From Squalus acanthias (lineage: Eukaryota), in NCBI GenBank assembly GCA_030390025.1, contig JASTWF010000345.1, forward strand, positions 310,001-374,000: DNA of 64,000 nucleotides, in the 5' to 3' direction. This document shows, piece by piece, positions 22,769 through 35,974 of the stretch; positions within the stretch are counted from its first letter, which is position 1, and every line of letters begins with the position of its first letter. A program made the position numbers and the translations under genes. Under the pieces are notes generated by a model. It was not told the origin of the DNA, searched no databases, and saw only the letters and a program-made list of their open reading frames with translations.

Positions 22769-23827
22769 ATTCTCTTTGCAAGCAAAGTAATGAAGGACAG
22801 CAACTAAAGTAGCAGCAAAGTTAGGATCAATAGGCAAAACTACCTCACAAAGCGTTGAGTCAATGTAGAAGTCTCTCTTTCTTTCTCTCCGAATCTCTCT
22901 CTCTCTCTCACAACGAGTGGTGCAAAAATGTCGACCACAGAAAAAGACAGGAAGAGGCCCCCTTTAAATAGCGCCCCCCCCCCAGCCCCACAGCGATTGA
23001 TAGCATTCCAGTCTTCCGGTCGTTGGAAGCGCCAGGCGGTAAGGCAGGGGGCGCCACTCAATTTCCGCTCCGGGGCGCCACAAGGGCGTTGCACCATGGA
23101 ATGACGTCACAATCTGCGCGCGCAGGTGGTCGCAGCGGTAAGTTTTAGTGCCGCCGCACAATCTCTAGTTAAGTTCCCGAGCGGCGCAAACATCGCTGCG
23201 CCCGGGCGTTAGCGGCTTTGCGCCCCATTAGCGCCCTCTTAAGTCGCTAACGGGAGGCGCAACCAACTGAATTTTTACCCCTAATAATCTTTGTTTATGG
23301 CTATAAGTTTAAAACCCAGGACTTAGACAGCACTGACAGTAATAATTCAAGCAGAGGAAGTGTACCTTGAGTTGCAAGGATGTTGAGTTTCTGTGTATGA
23401 TGCACCAACTCATAGTTCTAGATCAATAACATCTACATTATGACACTATGAACCTGGTGCAACAGAAAGATCATAGCAAACTTGTCACCATAAAATTCAG
23501 TTTCACTAGTTCCTCTCAAGTCAAACTCCTGTCATATATACGTTCTAAAAATGGAATAAGCAAATCATACCTTAATATTAGCAATTTCACTTACTCGAGT
23601 AAAAGTGATGAGAACTATATATTTGGTGCTGCTCTGCCAATATTTCCATGATCTGCTGTTCAGACAGACTGCAAATATCTTGCATCTTACAAAAGAGAAG
23701 TTTGTAAATATCTATACATAAACTTTCTAAACATCTAATGGCGACCTTACTAGCTATAGATCTTCTATGTTACTGCATTCATGAGTGTGCCAAGTTTTCT
23801 GTTCAGAAACTGTAGAAGTACATCTTG

Positions 23828-24055
23828 GGTTAGACCTGAGGTCAGGAGAAACTTCTTCACGGAAAGTTGTGAGGCTGTGCAATTCACTTCCAGGGATAGT
23901 GGTTGAGGCAGAAGCTATGTCTACGCAGGTTTGGATAGGTAAGTGTATCAAGGGATATGAAACAAAGGTAGGCAAATGAAGTTGAGGTACAAATCATGAT
24001 CTAATTGAATGGTGGAGCAGGCTCAAGGGGCTGACTAGCCTACTCATGTTCCTAT
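23828..24055 (+). mobile_element. CR1 3' fragment
   Basis: AGGAGAAACTTCTTCAC...GTGGTTGAGGCAG...GAATGGTGGAGCAGGCTCAAGGGGC, a CR1 3' end. Confidence 0.65.
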
Positions 24056-24840
24056 AACAACAACAACTTGCATTTATATAGTGCCTTTAACTTAGTAAAA
24101 CATCCCAAGGCGCATCACAGGAGCATTATCAAACAAAATTTGACACTGAGCCACATAAGGGGATATTAAGCAGATAGGTCAAAGAGGTAGGTTTTAAGGA
24201 GCGTCTTAAAGGAGAAAAGAGAGGTAGAGAGGCAGAGAGGTTTAGGGAGGGAATTCCAGAGCCTAGGGCCTTGGCAGCTGAAGGCATGGCCGTCAATGGT
24301 GGAGCAATTAAGATCAGGGATGCGCAAGAGGCCAAAATTGGAGGAGCGCAAATATCTCGGAGGGTTGTAGGGCTGGAGGAGGTTACAGAGATAGGGAGGG
24401 GCGAGGCCATGGAGTGATTTGAAAACAAGGATGAGAATTTTGTAATCGAGGTGTTGCTTAACCGGGAGCCGATGTAGGTCAGCAAGCACAGGGGTGATGG
24501 GTGAACAGGACTTGGTGCGAAGTAGGATACGGGCAGCAGAGTTTTGGATGAGCCTAAGTTTATGGAGGGTGCAAGGTGGGAGACTAGCCAGGAGTGCGTT
24601 GGAATAGTCAAGTCCAGAGTTAACAACGGCATTGATGAGGGTTTCAGCAGCAGATGAGCTGAGGTGGGGAGGCGTCAGCCGATGTTACGGAGGTTGAAAT
24701 AGGTGGTCTTAGTGATGGCGTGGATATGTGGTCGGAAGCTCATCTCAGGGTCAAATAATACACCAAGGTTGCGAACAGTCTGGTTCAGCCTCAGACAGTT
24801 GCGAGGGAGAGGGATGGAGTCGGTGGCTAGGGAACAGAGT
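24056..24840 (-). mobile_element. L2-clade LINE 3' fragment
   Basis: LADLHRLPVKQHLDYKILILVFKSLHGLAPPYL...AFSCQGPRLWNSLP...FKTLLKTYLF; (TTG)n tail. Confidence 0.88.
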
Positions 24841-25169
24841 TTAGGAAAAGGGGTTAAAGGGAAATAGGAATAGGGTGGATAAATGTGCTCAGAACTATTT
24901 GCTCGTGTGGAGGATTATCGCTGAGATGGACTGATTGGTACAAATTGCCTATTTCTGTATTGTAACTTTGATGTCTTTCTATATAAAACTATAATTATGC
25001 TTCCACATTGTCACAAATGTATGAATGGCAAGAGACAAAATGGTCTTGTCACATAAGAAATTGGCCCACAAAACTGGAAGGCCCGCCACAAGTTGAGTGA
25101 TTCTGAGATAGATCAAAAATTGGCTGAACTAGCAGAAGCAAAGGATGATTTTATGTGGAACTGGATCAG

Positions 25170-26240
25170 CCTGGCAGGAGGTAACTAGTGGTGTGCCTTA
25201 GGGATCAATGCTGGGCCATTGCCATTTGCAATGTGCATAAATTACATGGAGGTGGAAACAGAAACAATGCCCTCCCAAGTCTACAGATGATGCCACACTG
25301 GCTGAGACTGCAATTGACTGGGAAGGTCCTTATCAAATACAGAAGGGCCTAGATAGATTGAGGAGCTAGGCTAATGAGTGGCAGATATCATTTAATATGA
25401 ACAAGCGCAAAGTCATGAATTGGGAAAAGATAATAAACTCTGGCAATATAAGCTATTATTCTGCAGGATATAGCACAGAAGAGTGATTTGAGTTACTGGT
25501 GAAAAGATCGCTGAAGCCATCGCACAGTGTGCAGCAGCAGTAAAAAGAGCAAATAGAATCTTCGGCTGCATAACCAAAGGAATAGAGCCCAAACATAGGA
25601 AGTCATTCTGAGTTTATACAGCGCACGGGTCCAACCCGACCTGAAGTACCCTTGTACAGTTCTGGTCATCATCCAGGGACTGGAGAAGGTGCAACGAAAG
25701 GCAACTAAATTGATAGCTGGGATTAAGCACCTGAGTTGTGAGAAGAGGTTCCAGAAGTTTGGAATGTTTGCACTTGAGAAGAGAAGGCTCAGGGTGATCT
25801 TATTGAAGTATTCAGATTTTAAAGGAGATAGACAAAATAAACATCAACAAACAGAAAATTGGTGGGCTCCACTATGGGCATGCAATCCTTGACAATTTTC
25901 CTCTATGTGATTATTTACACGCAAGCACAAAAGAGGAAAACCTGTCCCAATCTATTTAGCAAAGTCACAGATTCGACAATAAAAGTGTATAATCTCAAAC
26001 TTAAAACAGGGAGGGTGAAAAGGCAGCTTAAATTCAACTACAGTGCACAGAGAGTAGTGAATGTATGGAATGGAATTCTAAGAGAGGGGGTGGGGTGTTT
26101 ATATCAGTAAATTTAAGAGACAGTTGGATAAGTACTTGGAGAAAAAATTATTAGAGGAGTATAGAGGTATCATGGGAAATGACACTGGGACCAGCCAGAG
26201 GGACTGCAATTGTCTTTTCCAGTCCTATAGTTTGCTATGC
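25170..26240 (+). mobile_element. Old degraded CR1 (RT to 3' end)
   Basis: Remnants of SGVPQGSVLGP, ADD, LEKVQRKATKLI, LEKRRLR and RVVNVWN. Confidence 0.75.
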
Positions 26241-26394
26241 TTCTACCTTTTTAGAATTTTTATTTTTGCTTCAATTGAGTCTTAATATACATTATTAATA
26301 TTCCCTTCACTAGAAACTGATACTAATGTTTGTTTCATGTTTCTAAGGTGATTTATCTTATTATACAGCCTATCAACTCATGATTAATCCAAGA

Positions 26395-27360
26395 TGCCTG
26401 TCAAGAGTTGTATCTCAGGAGGCTGCGCTTCAGCCATGAAGCCTTGAAAGAGTTCTGTTCGCTGCTGCAGCTAGATCTTCAGACGATATCAACAGAACGG
26501 ACAGCTTGCACAGTGGCAGAGAAAGTCACCACAGCTCTCAACATTTATGCTACGGGCTCATTCCAGGGAATCACTGAAGACTTTGGCCAGATGAGCCAAT
26601 TCACTATCCATATGAGTATCAGGCAAGTCACAAATGCCTACTTTGCCAGAGCACCTCAGTTTATACAGTTCAACAGTAGTCCCAGAAAAATGAATGAGAT
26701 GGCAATCAACTTCTACAGAGTCACAGGGTTCCCCAAGGGATCAGGGGCTATTGATTGCACTCATGTGGCAATGCACACCCCAAATGTGAACTCCCATAAT
26801 GACTTAAATCAAAAAGGTTTTTGTTCCCTAAGCATGCAGTTAATGTACGGTCATCGGTACAGATTCGTGCACATTAATGCACATTATGCTGGGAGCTATC
26901 ATGATGCTTTTATACTCTGGCAGTCCAGCGTCCCTGCTGTCCTTCAACAGCAAAGGCATGTGACAGGATGGCTGCTTGCTGAAAAGGGAGGGATGCCCTC
27001 CTGCGCATGATACGACTTAATAGGACAACCAGTGCTGCAGAGGAGCGCTACAACGAGGCACACATTAAAATCAGCAAGCAATTAAGAGGCTGAATGGAGA
27101 TTCAGGTGCCTGGATAGGTATGGAGTACCCGACAGTATGCGCCAGGCACAGTTTCTCCAACTGTGTGCTGCTTCATTCACAATTTCACTCTCCAGAAAGG
27201 CCTGATGGTAGCAATTCCTTAGGAGGCTGGAGAGTTAGATGCTGATATATTAGATGTAAAAGACCAGCACCATGAAGAGGATGCAGCAGGTCCGCAAGCT
27301 ATGGCAGATAGCGAGAGCAGAAATGCAAAGTCATTTGGGACACCTTCATGGATGCCTAAA
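26395..27360 (+). pseudogene. Fossil Harbinger transposase
   Basis: ORF 26408-27010: LRRLRFS...KVTTALNIYATGSFQ...GAIDCTHV...GWLL; the C-terminal half is frameshifted; no TIRs seen. Confidence 0.85.
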
Positions 27361-27889
27361 CGTCCAAGGTCTTCTCTCATAAATTATCAACCTCATCTCA
27401 CCAAACAATCTCTCTGCATAGCCAAACCATAGCTTCTTACATATAGCCATGACATGAAAGATTATTGTCACAGCATAAGAACCATACTACCCATTCCGCA
27501 ATCTCCAAAAATCTAGCCAAACACCAACCAGTCATTCCAGTAATTAGTCCAGTGATTTATTGAAACTATTTACAACAACATTACTTGTTATCTTCACCCG
27601 CCATGGCGGGTCGCGACTCCGTTCCTCATTTCATTCCGCACCTGAGATCGACTTTTCCTTAACGGCACCTATTAAGGCAGTAGGCTCGAGGGGCCAAGTG
27701 ACTATTCCTGCTCCTATTTCTTATGTTCTTACCCGGCACTAATAAATGGTGCGGGCCTGATGACATCATCGATGACGCGTTTTCAGCTGGGATATTTAAA
27801 GGAGCCATGGCCACATTGCATTTGAAGGTTCATCTAGGATTGTGCAGGCACTGCACTGGACCATTGGAGTGTTCCAAACACTTGGAAAC

Positions 27890-29321
27890 ATGACTGCACA
27901 GAGGCAGAGGGCTGCACCCAGGTTCTCAGATGGCTCCCTCCATATGCTTGTGGAGGGAGTGAGAGCACGCAGGGAGGTCTTCTTCCCTTTGGATGGGTGG
28001 AAGAGTCCGCCCCTGCACACCAAAGGAGCCTGGTTGGAGATTGCAGAGGAGGTCAACTGCAAGGATGTTGTCAGGAGGACCTGCTGGAAACACTTCGATT
28101 ATCTCATTAGATCAGGAAAGGTGAGTGCAAAGCCACACTCAACTTCATCCTGCTGTGCCTCTCCTCATATCCCCATCACTCTGCCTTCCCAACCCTACTC
28201 CTGCACATCATTACTCACACCAACATACCTTGCACATCCACCCATCCCTCTCTCTCTATCTACATTATCACATCCCCATCTGACTAACCACCCCTCATAC
28301 TCACCCTCATCCTAATGCAATCATACCAAGTAACACCACACAAGGAGACCATTTGGCATTGGCACCACACTCCATTATAGTCACCATCTAAATATGTTAC
28401 CCATCCATTCCTTACACTCATTCCATCACTCTCACTCAAACTTCTCTTCTTGCCCTCCTTGCAGGAGAAGAGCCCACAATAAGAGGGAGAGAACCGGAAG
28501 TGGCTCTCCATCATTGACCACCTTAACTGCAGCAGAGGAGGTCGCCCTGGAAGCCTGAGGAGTCGCAGAGCAGCTGGAGGTGGGAGATGGAGAGAGGGGG
28601 ACCTGGTGACAGAATGACATCTCATACAGCCTCATGGCATACAGCAGTCACTCATATGGGGACTGATGTCAGCAGCCAGTGAATGTTCATCATGTGCATA
28701 ATGGTATCGTTACCTATTCTTGATATGACATTTTAAAATCATCTCTTTACTGTCCCACACGTCCATCAAGAGCCCCCTCCCGCACTGTCCAGGAGGAAGA
28801 GGATGGCCACCTGCATGGAGCAGCTCATGCGCCACTCACAGGAGCATATGGAATCTATGGAGAGCAGATGGCAGAGGCTCATTGACCTCCTCTCTAGGAG
28901 GGATGTAAACATAGACTTGGGTCCTCATGGCCCCACTGATGTGCAACAAGGTGCTCTCCACCTCCTTACTAGCAGGGAAGTGCAGGTGGCCCATGAGAGA
29001 GATGATGATGAGAGGGGACATGGAAGTGGGGGGGCCTCTCAAACCGTTCACACTTCTCCCCCGTTGCCTCCCCCTCAGTCAGAGCCACACATGCTTCCTG
29101 GGATCGCGATGGCTGAGTCTGCCCCTGCACAGTCGCAGGAGGAGCTGACTTTGGTGGGGTCATCACAGGCTCCAAGACCCAGAGGACGTCCGCCAAAAAT
29201 CTCTATGCAGTCACAGCAGGGAAGTGAGCAGGCTGCCTCTACCTCTGCTGAAGCCACAGGGGTAGCACCTCATAGAAGTACGTGTAAGAGAAAGATAACA
29301 CAAGTAGATGCACAAGGGTAA
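27890..29321 (+). pseudogene. Family B Myb/SANT-like gene, degraded
   Basis: RAAPRFSDGSLHMLVEGV...WLEIAEEVN...LIRSGK|GTGAGT; exon 2 from 28465; exon 3 acceptor mutated (CAC) and an internal deletion near 28800. Confidence 0.8.
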
Positions 29322-29594
29322 GCACTTGGGTGTTTTAATAACTGTTTGTGTGAAGTTTCCGTTAATCTGATGTCACAGATAAAAATTATTATTTTCACCA
29401 TGGCCAATTCTGTCTGCAACTTTGGAAGTGGCTTAGTGAGTTGGATTGAATGGTGAGACATAACGTTACCTCCAGCAATGGTGGTCAGTGTGAAAGGAAT
29501 GGCCTGGTCATTGTAGGGATGCTTTATGGCGCTGCTGTGGGGTGTTGGGAGCCTGGCGCAGCATGTGGCTGCCATATGGGTGTAATGCCTGAAG

Positions 29595-30775
29595 TTAAGT
29601 AAATCTGGCCATGATGAGGCCATCCCTGGCCTCCCGGGCAGCAATGTGCTCAATGTCCTCCTCCTCGTCTTCCAGCTGATGCTCCTCCTCCTGCTCCTCC
29701 TCCTCTGAAGAGGCTGTGTGCTCAGTGCCTTGCTCCTCATGTAGCGCTAATCCTCGCTGCTGTGCTATATTGTGCAGGGCGCAGCAGACCACGACGATTC
29801 TAGAGACCCTGGCTGGTGCATACTGAAGGGCTCCTCCAGATCTGTCAAAGCATCTGAAGCGCATTTTCAGCAAGCCTATTGTCTTCTTTATGGTGGAATG
29901 ATGGATTTCATTATATCTCTCCTCGGCCTCAGTACTTGGCCTCCTCAAGGGTGTCATGAGCCATGTCTTCAGTGGATAGCCCTTGTCTCCAAGCAGCCAG
30001 CCAGAAAGTCTGTTTGGAGGAGCGAAGAGCTGAGGGAGGGTGAACTGGCACAGGAAGGAAGAGTCATGGCAGCTGCCAGAGAATTTGGTGTACACATGCA
30101 TGATGATCTTCCTATGGTTGCAGACAGAGCTGCACATTGAGGGGGTGGAAGCCCTTGCAGTTGACAAAGACTCCTGGGTGATGATGGGGTGCCCTGTTGG
30201 GCACGTGTGCAGTCGTTGATGCCCTGCACCTGTGGTAAGCCAGGTAGAGCGGCAAAGCCAAGCGCCCACTCGGTAACACTGTCTTCATCAGTGGCAAAGT
30301 TAATATAATTGGCTGACTTGTCAAAGAGGGCATCGGTGACCTGTCTGATGCAACTGTGGGCGGCCGATTGCGAGATGTCGCAAATGTCTGTTGCAGACCC
30401 CTAGAAGGGGACTGAGGCGAAGAAGTTGAGGGTGTTGATGACTTTGACAGCCACTGGTAAGGCGTGGCCATCCACTCCTCTGGGCTGGAGGTCTTGCTCC
30501 CGCAATCTGCAAATGTCTGCGACGACCTGGCGTGATAGCCTCAGCTTCCTTTGGCACTGCTGCTCAGTCATGTTGAGGAAGTTCATCCTCTGCCTGTATA
30601 CCCTGTGTTGGGGGTATCGCCTCCAGCACGGTGCAGCCCTGTGCTGATGCCCTCTGTCCTGTGCAGTATCAGGTTGGTAAGGAGAAGATTGGTGGTGTTG
30701 CTGGTGCTGCTGGTGTTGGGGCTCATTGTGGTCCGATTCTGAGGACCAAGGTGAGACACTATAAACGGCACCCAT
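29595..30775 (-). pseudogene. Family B Harbinger transposase, frameshifted
   Basis: [40 protein letters not shown] and [17 protein letters not shown], spread over several frames. Confidence 0.88.
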
Positions 30776-31329
30776 GCTTATGTAATAGATGGCGGGTCAA
30801 GTAGAGATGAGAGAAACAATCTGTCAATGGCGTGATAGGTTCTACCAATGAGGTGACAGTGGATCCCGACTTTGCTGAAAACACATGCAACCTTTAGAAA
30901 GCTAAATCTGTTCTGACAATGCACTCAGCAACAGCATCTGCCTTAGCAAAGTAACCAGGTGTCAGGTGGGAGCATTTATTGTGCTTTCTATGTTGTGCAC
31001 TAATGAGCTGGATCAATGGCCACTGAACTTCCACCTCAGGTTCACAGACGTCGTTCCTGAGCTGCGTGATTCCCGTGGTCATCCAGGGAAATTTGAAAGG
31101 GTTAAAAGGCGCTAAAGGGTCTGACAAGTACCTAATAATCATCTAAATTAGCTCGGCCGCCTCTGCCGTTCGGGTCGCCACCGCGCTGGCAAACGCGCCC
31201 GAGGAAAAGCCTAGTGGAGGCGGGATGACGGCAGGTTCCCAACCCGCTCAAAGTTATTTCAACTTTCACTCCTGACTCGCCTCCAATCCCGTCCGCACGG
31301 ACGCCACAAAATTCCGGCCGATACCATGT

Positions 31330-33315
31330 ATCCTCTAAACCCTCCAAAATACCACTCTGGATATTTCAGAAACTTGTGGCCATTGGTCTCTCCAAATGGT
31401 CCCCCAAGAACTGCAGTCCTTCATTCAGCAGCTCCACATTGGAATGACTGACTAGTCTGGAGGCCTCAGTATGCAGGGGATTGTATGCAGATGTTCCTGG
31501 AGTTACCACTCTCTTCAGGATGGAAATCCCTCTCAGAAGATGCCACACAGGATGGCAATGGAATCCCAGCCTACTGTCACAAATCTTGAGAGAAGCTGGA
31601 CACTACCTCCACATAGGTCTGATGCTCTGCTAGCATCCTCTTCCGAGCAGATTGCCGAAGATGATCGGCCACAGGATTTAGAAATAGAGCCTGGCACCTC
31701 CTAAGCCTCCATTTATGAGGCTGTCTGCCTCATCCAGTGTCGTCCTCATTTAAAGTACATTGCTCCCCCAGGAGACTCTCTCTAGGCTGATAAGTGCAAG
31801 AGAATGGGTGAATGATGGGGTGGGTGAATCATTGCCAGCACTGCCAGAGGTAGAGGGGCCTGGTGACTCTTTGGTCTCATCTTCATCTCCTGATTCCTGG
31901 CTTGCATCTTCTGGAAATTCGGGAAAGAAAACAGAGTCACAAAGATTGCAATGGGTCTGCGGACACAGCAGACATTCTCATCAGCTCTTTTGGTATTTTC
32001 TGTATAACATGCTAGCTGTCTGAGGGTTTTGCAGAAACAGAAACATATTAGCTAAGATATGCAGATTAACTGTGGGCTCATTGCCTCCCACTTCTACATC
32101 CCCAACTACAAGGGCAGAGTTTGTGCCAAGAATGTCACAGCCTCTTCCTCATGATGCATTAATGCCCATATGTCTGGGGGGTCCGCCCCCTGTGGCCTGC
32201 CACTCCCTAGCATTCTGTGTAGAAAGAATGCATTGTGCGGATTGACTGCAACAGTCTCCAGATCTTGTTATACCATTCGGTTAGCATTCAAAGAATGATT
32301 ACCTCCACATTGCCCTCGGAGAAATTTTCAGCTCTGAGTTTTGATCCTTTAACAAGTGTCATGTCATCCTCCTTTCAATGGAGCTAAACCCTTTAAATGG
32401 AAGCAGTCCCCTTGCTCCATCCCCATGGGTTTTTCAGCTTGCCAGCATACCCTGTTGCTGGTAGGGCTTATGCTCTCGTCCTGCTTAGCAGTAGGCAAGG
32501 CAGCTGACCCCGGGATTTCTGACGGGTTCAGTATCTTTAGCTGTTGGCATGTGGAGGTCCCAGTCTGCCACCTTTCCAACTGCTAGCAGGGACCCTGGGA
32601 TTTCTGGCCCAGGTCTTCTAAATTTTCTGGGTGAAAGTATAGCACAAAGATCTCTGTGCGACGTCAACCCTGGAGCCTTTGTGCATTTTTCGGATTCCAA
32701 AATTTGCTTATCAGTGAAGAATGTGGACATAGCATTACTGTAGACTCTGCCTTCACTTAAATCCTGAAGAGGTTGACAATCTTCAGCTCTTGCAACACAT
32801 TTCTGCTCTATATCAGAGTTGGCACAGGCAGAATAGGAGGGCACGGGGCCCGAGATTCCTAGTCCTGGAGTTCCCATATCACTGGCCTCTCCATAGCAGG
32901 GTGGATCTTGGTGAGCGGTGTTTTGGGTCAAACAAAGTGCATCATCCTGCCTAATGCCATAAGTTGGGCACACTTGAAGAGCGAGCGCATTATTTGTGCA
33001 GGTCTTGGCTGTCTTACAAAGAGGGCTGAGGGCGAGGTATGTTTACTTTCTTGGGGGGAATGGGGATGGACAACCCTTTCCCCCCAGGCACTGGCACTCT
33101 TTCACTGCAATTAGTGGCCCGTGGAGGCAGACAGGCACCCAAGTTGTATCCCTAATGCCAAGGGCACCTGGTGAGGCTATTTAAATCAAGGGTTCGACCC
33201 CTAGCCTCGCAAACTTTGTTGGGGTCAACAGCAGAGGTTACAGGAGGCAGGCGCATCCCGGCATTTGATCCAGGACCCACCCCTTCGCCTCCCTCGCCCA
33301 TGGATTTTCTGCCCC
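31330..33315 (-). mobile_element. Heavily degraded Harbinger remnant (transposase N-terminus and Myb pieces, both on -)
   Basis: ORF 32485-32973 ends in RVYS...LCAILS...LLAVGKV (transposase N-terminus-like); WQATGGGPP Myb motif near 32170-32210; TIR-like GATTTTCTGCCCC near 33315. Confidence 0.45.
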
Positions 33316-33809
33316 TGGTTGTTTAGCTTCTAGTGAAGGACAAAGTTCTTGTAGTTTGTTGGTGGACAAACTCTAGTCGTTCCTATGGTCCTATATGACT
33401 TTTCTTGCAGTTTTCTAATGCATCTGTATCATGCAGCAGACATATACCAGCAGCAAGAATTTCAACTACGTACAAAGTCTCCTGTTACTTGTGAGGTCTT
33501 GTTAAGTTGCTTTGTGCAAACATGAACTTCCATTAGTTGGTATATATTAAGATAACATATTATGCAGATATTCAGTATTTTATGAAGTTGTTCTTAGTTC
33601 CTTCCATTTCGCTCACAGTAATGTAGTTACTTAGTGAAAGAAAATGCAAGTGATTGTTACCCACCTGATCAAGCTATTACCGTACTACACCTCAGGCTAC
33701 ACTTTTAGACACTGCTGTTTGAGTTGACATTATGGTACAACTAACCATTGTAATCTTTGTCAACACACAAATGAAGTGTGCCAGGATGCAAAAGTGTTAT
33801 TTTATTCAG

Positions 33810-34592
33810 CTTTGCCCCTCCATTGGTGGCAGAGCCTTCAGCCACCGAGGTCTCACTCTCCGGAATTCCCTCCCTCTCACCTCTGCGCATCTCTCTCCTT
33901 GTTTAAGACCCTCCTTAACAACCACCTCTTCAAACAAGCATTTTGGTCAAAAAGAAAATACTGCAGATGCTGGAAATCTGAAATAAAAACAGAAAATGCT
34001 GGAGTTACTCAGCAGGTCAGGCAGCATCTGTGAAGACAGAAACAGAGTTAACGTTTCAGGTCAATGACCTTTCGTCAGAACTGGAAAAAAGCAGGAAATG
34101 GAACAGATTCTTAAGCAAGTGTAGGAGCTGGGAAAGGGGGGAGATGATGAAAGAACAAAAGGGAAGGTCTGTGATAGGATAGAAGGCAGGAGAGGTTAAG
34201 AGACATTAAGAGATATTCAAGGCAAAAGGAGATGGTAATGGGACAGGTTAAGAAACAAAAGATGGCTCTAGATGAAGTATAAATTACGCTGGCAGAATGA
34301 AAGACAGCTGCCATGTGGGAGAGAAGAAAAGAAGACACAAACAAAAAGTGTGGAAAAAATATATATATATGATAGGGGCCGAGGTTATGATCTGAAATTG
34401 TTGAACTCTGTGTTGAGTCCAGAAGGCTGTAAAGTGCCTAATCAAAAGATGAGGTGCTGGTCCTCGAGCTTACGTTGAGCATTTGGTCACCCATCCTAAT
34501 CCCTCCTTTCCTGACTCGGTGTCTGTTTTCCTCATGCCTATCTTGGGACATTTTCTATTTTAAAGGTTGTAAATAAATGCAAGTTGTTGTTG
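33810..34592 (+). mobile_element. L2 3' fragment interrupted by a Penelope-like insertion
   Basis: IGGRAFSHRGLTLRNSLP; GCATTTTGGTCA before and GCATTTGGTCA after the insert; ends AAATGCAAGTTGTTGTTG. Confidence 0.65.
33950..34480 (-). mobile_element. Penelope-like element fragment (GIY-YIG C-terminus plus 3' region)
   Basis: Minus strand reads QRKLEDQHLIF*LGTLQPSGLNTEFNNF, typical of the GIY-YIG endonuclease end. Confidence 0.7.
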
Positions 34593-35974
34593 CTTTCCTA
34601 CAACTGAAATGCTCTATTGATGATTAGGGCAGTCATTTTTGTCATGGTAAATGTTTGGAAAAATCTTGGACTAGTTATGGCAAAAGTGTCAGAAGTCATG
34701 GAAATCCATAGTAAAAATCATGAAAAGTTAGACACATTTTGCAGTAACCAAATTATTCTAATTTGCTATTTTTTTCTTGCCAATTTTGTCCTCTTCCTTC
34801 CTGAAGGTGCTGGCCCCTGACTGGAGTTTGGTTCCGTGGAAACTAGCCACATCCCGATAACTTGACCAAGTGCTGTTATTCAAGTGTGAGTGTCAGCCTG
34901 AGAGGTATCACAGGCAAGCCCAATTTTGTCCTCACCCAATGTTCACACATTATCATTTCATCAAGTCAATGAATAGCAATCAAAAGCACAAATCTGTGCC
35001 AATTTTTAACTCTCCCTAGTGCCCCAATCATCACTCTGGCTGAGTTCAGCATTGATGAGATTGAACCTGGGGTCTCCCTGGGTCAACTACTCACTAGATC
35101 AACTTCCTGATCCTCAAAGGGAGCCCTAATTTGCTGGAAGCATTTTATTTGGGTACATTGCGTTGTCTTTCCTTCTGACGTTGTCTTGGGCACAGGCTAA
35201 TGTATTTGGGACCTAGCTGATATGTTGGAAGGGGGATGTCCTAGTTGATGTTCTTTGGAGGAATTGCAATCAGTTGAGGGGGGTTTCATCAGCCCTATGT
35301 GAATCTTGGAAGAGTGCTTGGAGGAGAGGCTAAGTTGCTGTAGGGTGTTAAGGAGGGAGGATGGCTTCAGGAGTTGGGATCTGAGGTTCTTGATATGTGT
35401 TCCCACTTTAGATGCCAGTTTTATTCACTGCTTATGTGTTTCTATTCCAGCCTGCAGATCAGCTGTTTTTGAATCTTGAATCTGCTGGCAGGATTTTGTA
35501 TGCTGAGCATTCTCATTTGTAACATTTAACGGGGGCTTTCCATTGAGAGTGGGAGGAAGCATTTTCAGTATGGTCACTTAAATTTCCCTCTCTCTCTCCT
35601 TCACTCCTGTCTCTTTCGTTCTTCCCTTATTATTTTCTCTCTTATTTCTTGCGTTAGCCTTATCTCGGTGGTAGCACTCTTCCTCAGTGGATGGCAATCT
35701 CTGTACAGTGAGCCCCAGTGCAGTCATTCCATTGACTAGCGGAGTATCATTTATGCTCTGGGGAGTTTCCAAGAGCTCTGATGTCTTGCACTCTGATAAT
35801 GAACATTGACATTGTATATATTCTGCTGCTGGTTCAACATTTACATCATCAGGACATGCCCATTTAACTGTTCAGGCACCTGCTTCTTCGCATATGCTTA
35901 CAGTCTTTTCAAATCTTAAGAATGAAAATGATTAAAAGGTAACAGGCCCTGAATTTAAAGTACACTTCAACTGA

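Larger units (their letters stand above)
19077..23281. mobile_element. Near-intact autonomous PIF/Harbinger transposon (family A)
   Basis: TIRs GGGGTAGAAATTAG / CTGAATTTTTACCCC, TA on both flanks, GGCGC-rich subterminal arrays; convergent Myb/SANT-like and DDE transposase genes. Confidence 0.93.
27595..31320. mobile_element. Harbinger family B copy 1 (left TIR lost)
   Basis: Right TIR AAAATTCCGGCCG at 31308-31320; homologous to 45636-52633; Myb gene on + and transposase on -. Confidence 0.88.

Noticed and set aside
26408..27010. Domesticated HARBI1 host gene
   Set aside because: The downstream half is broken by frameshifts and stops and GDKGY is degenerate; treated as a fossil transposase.
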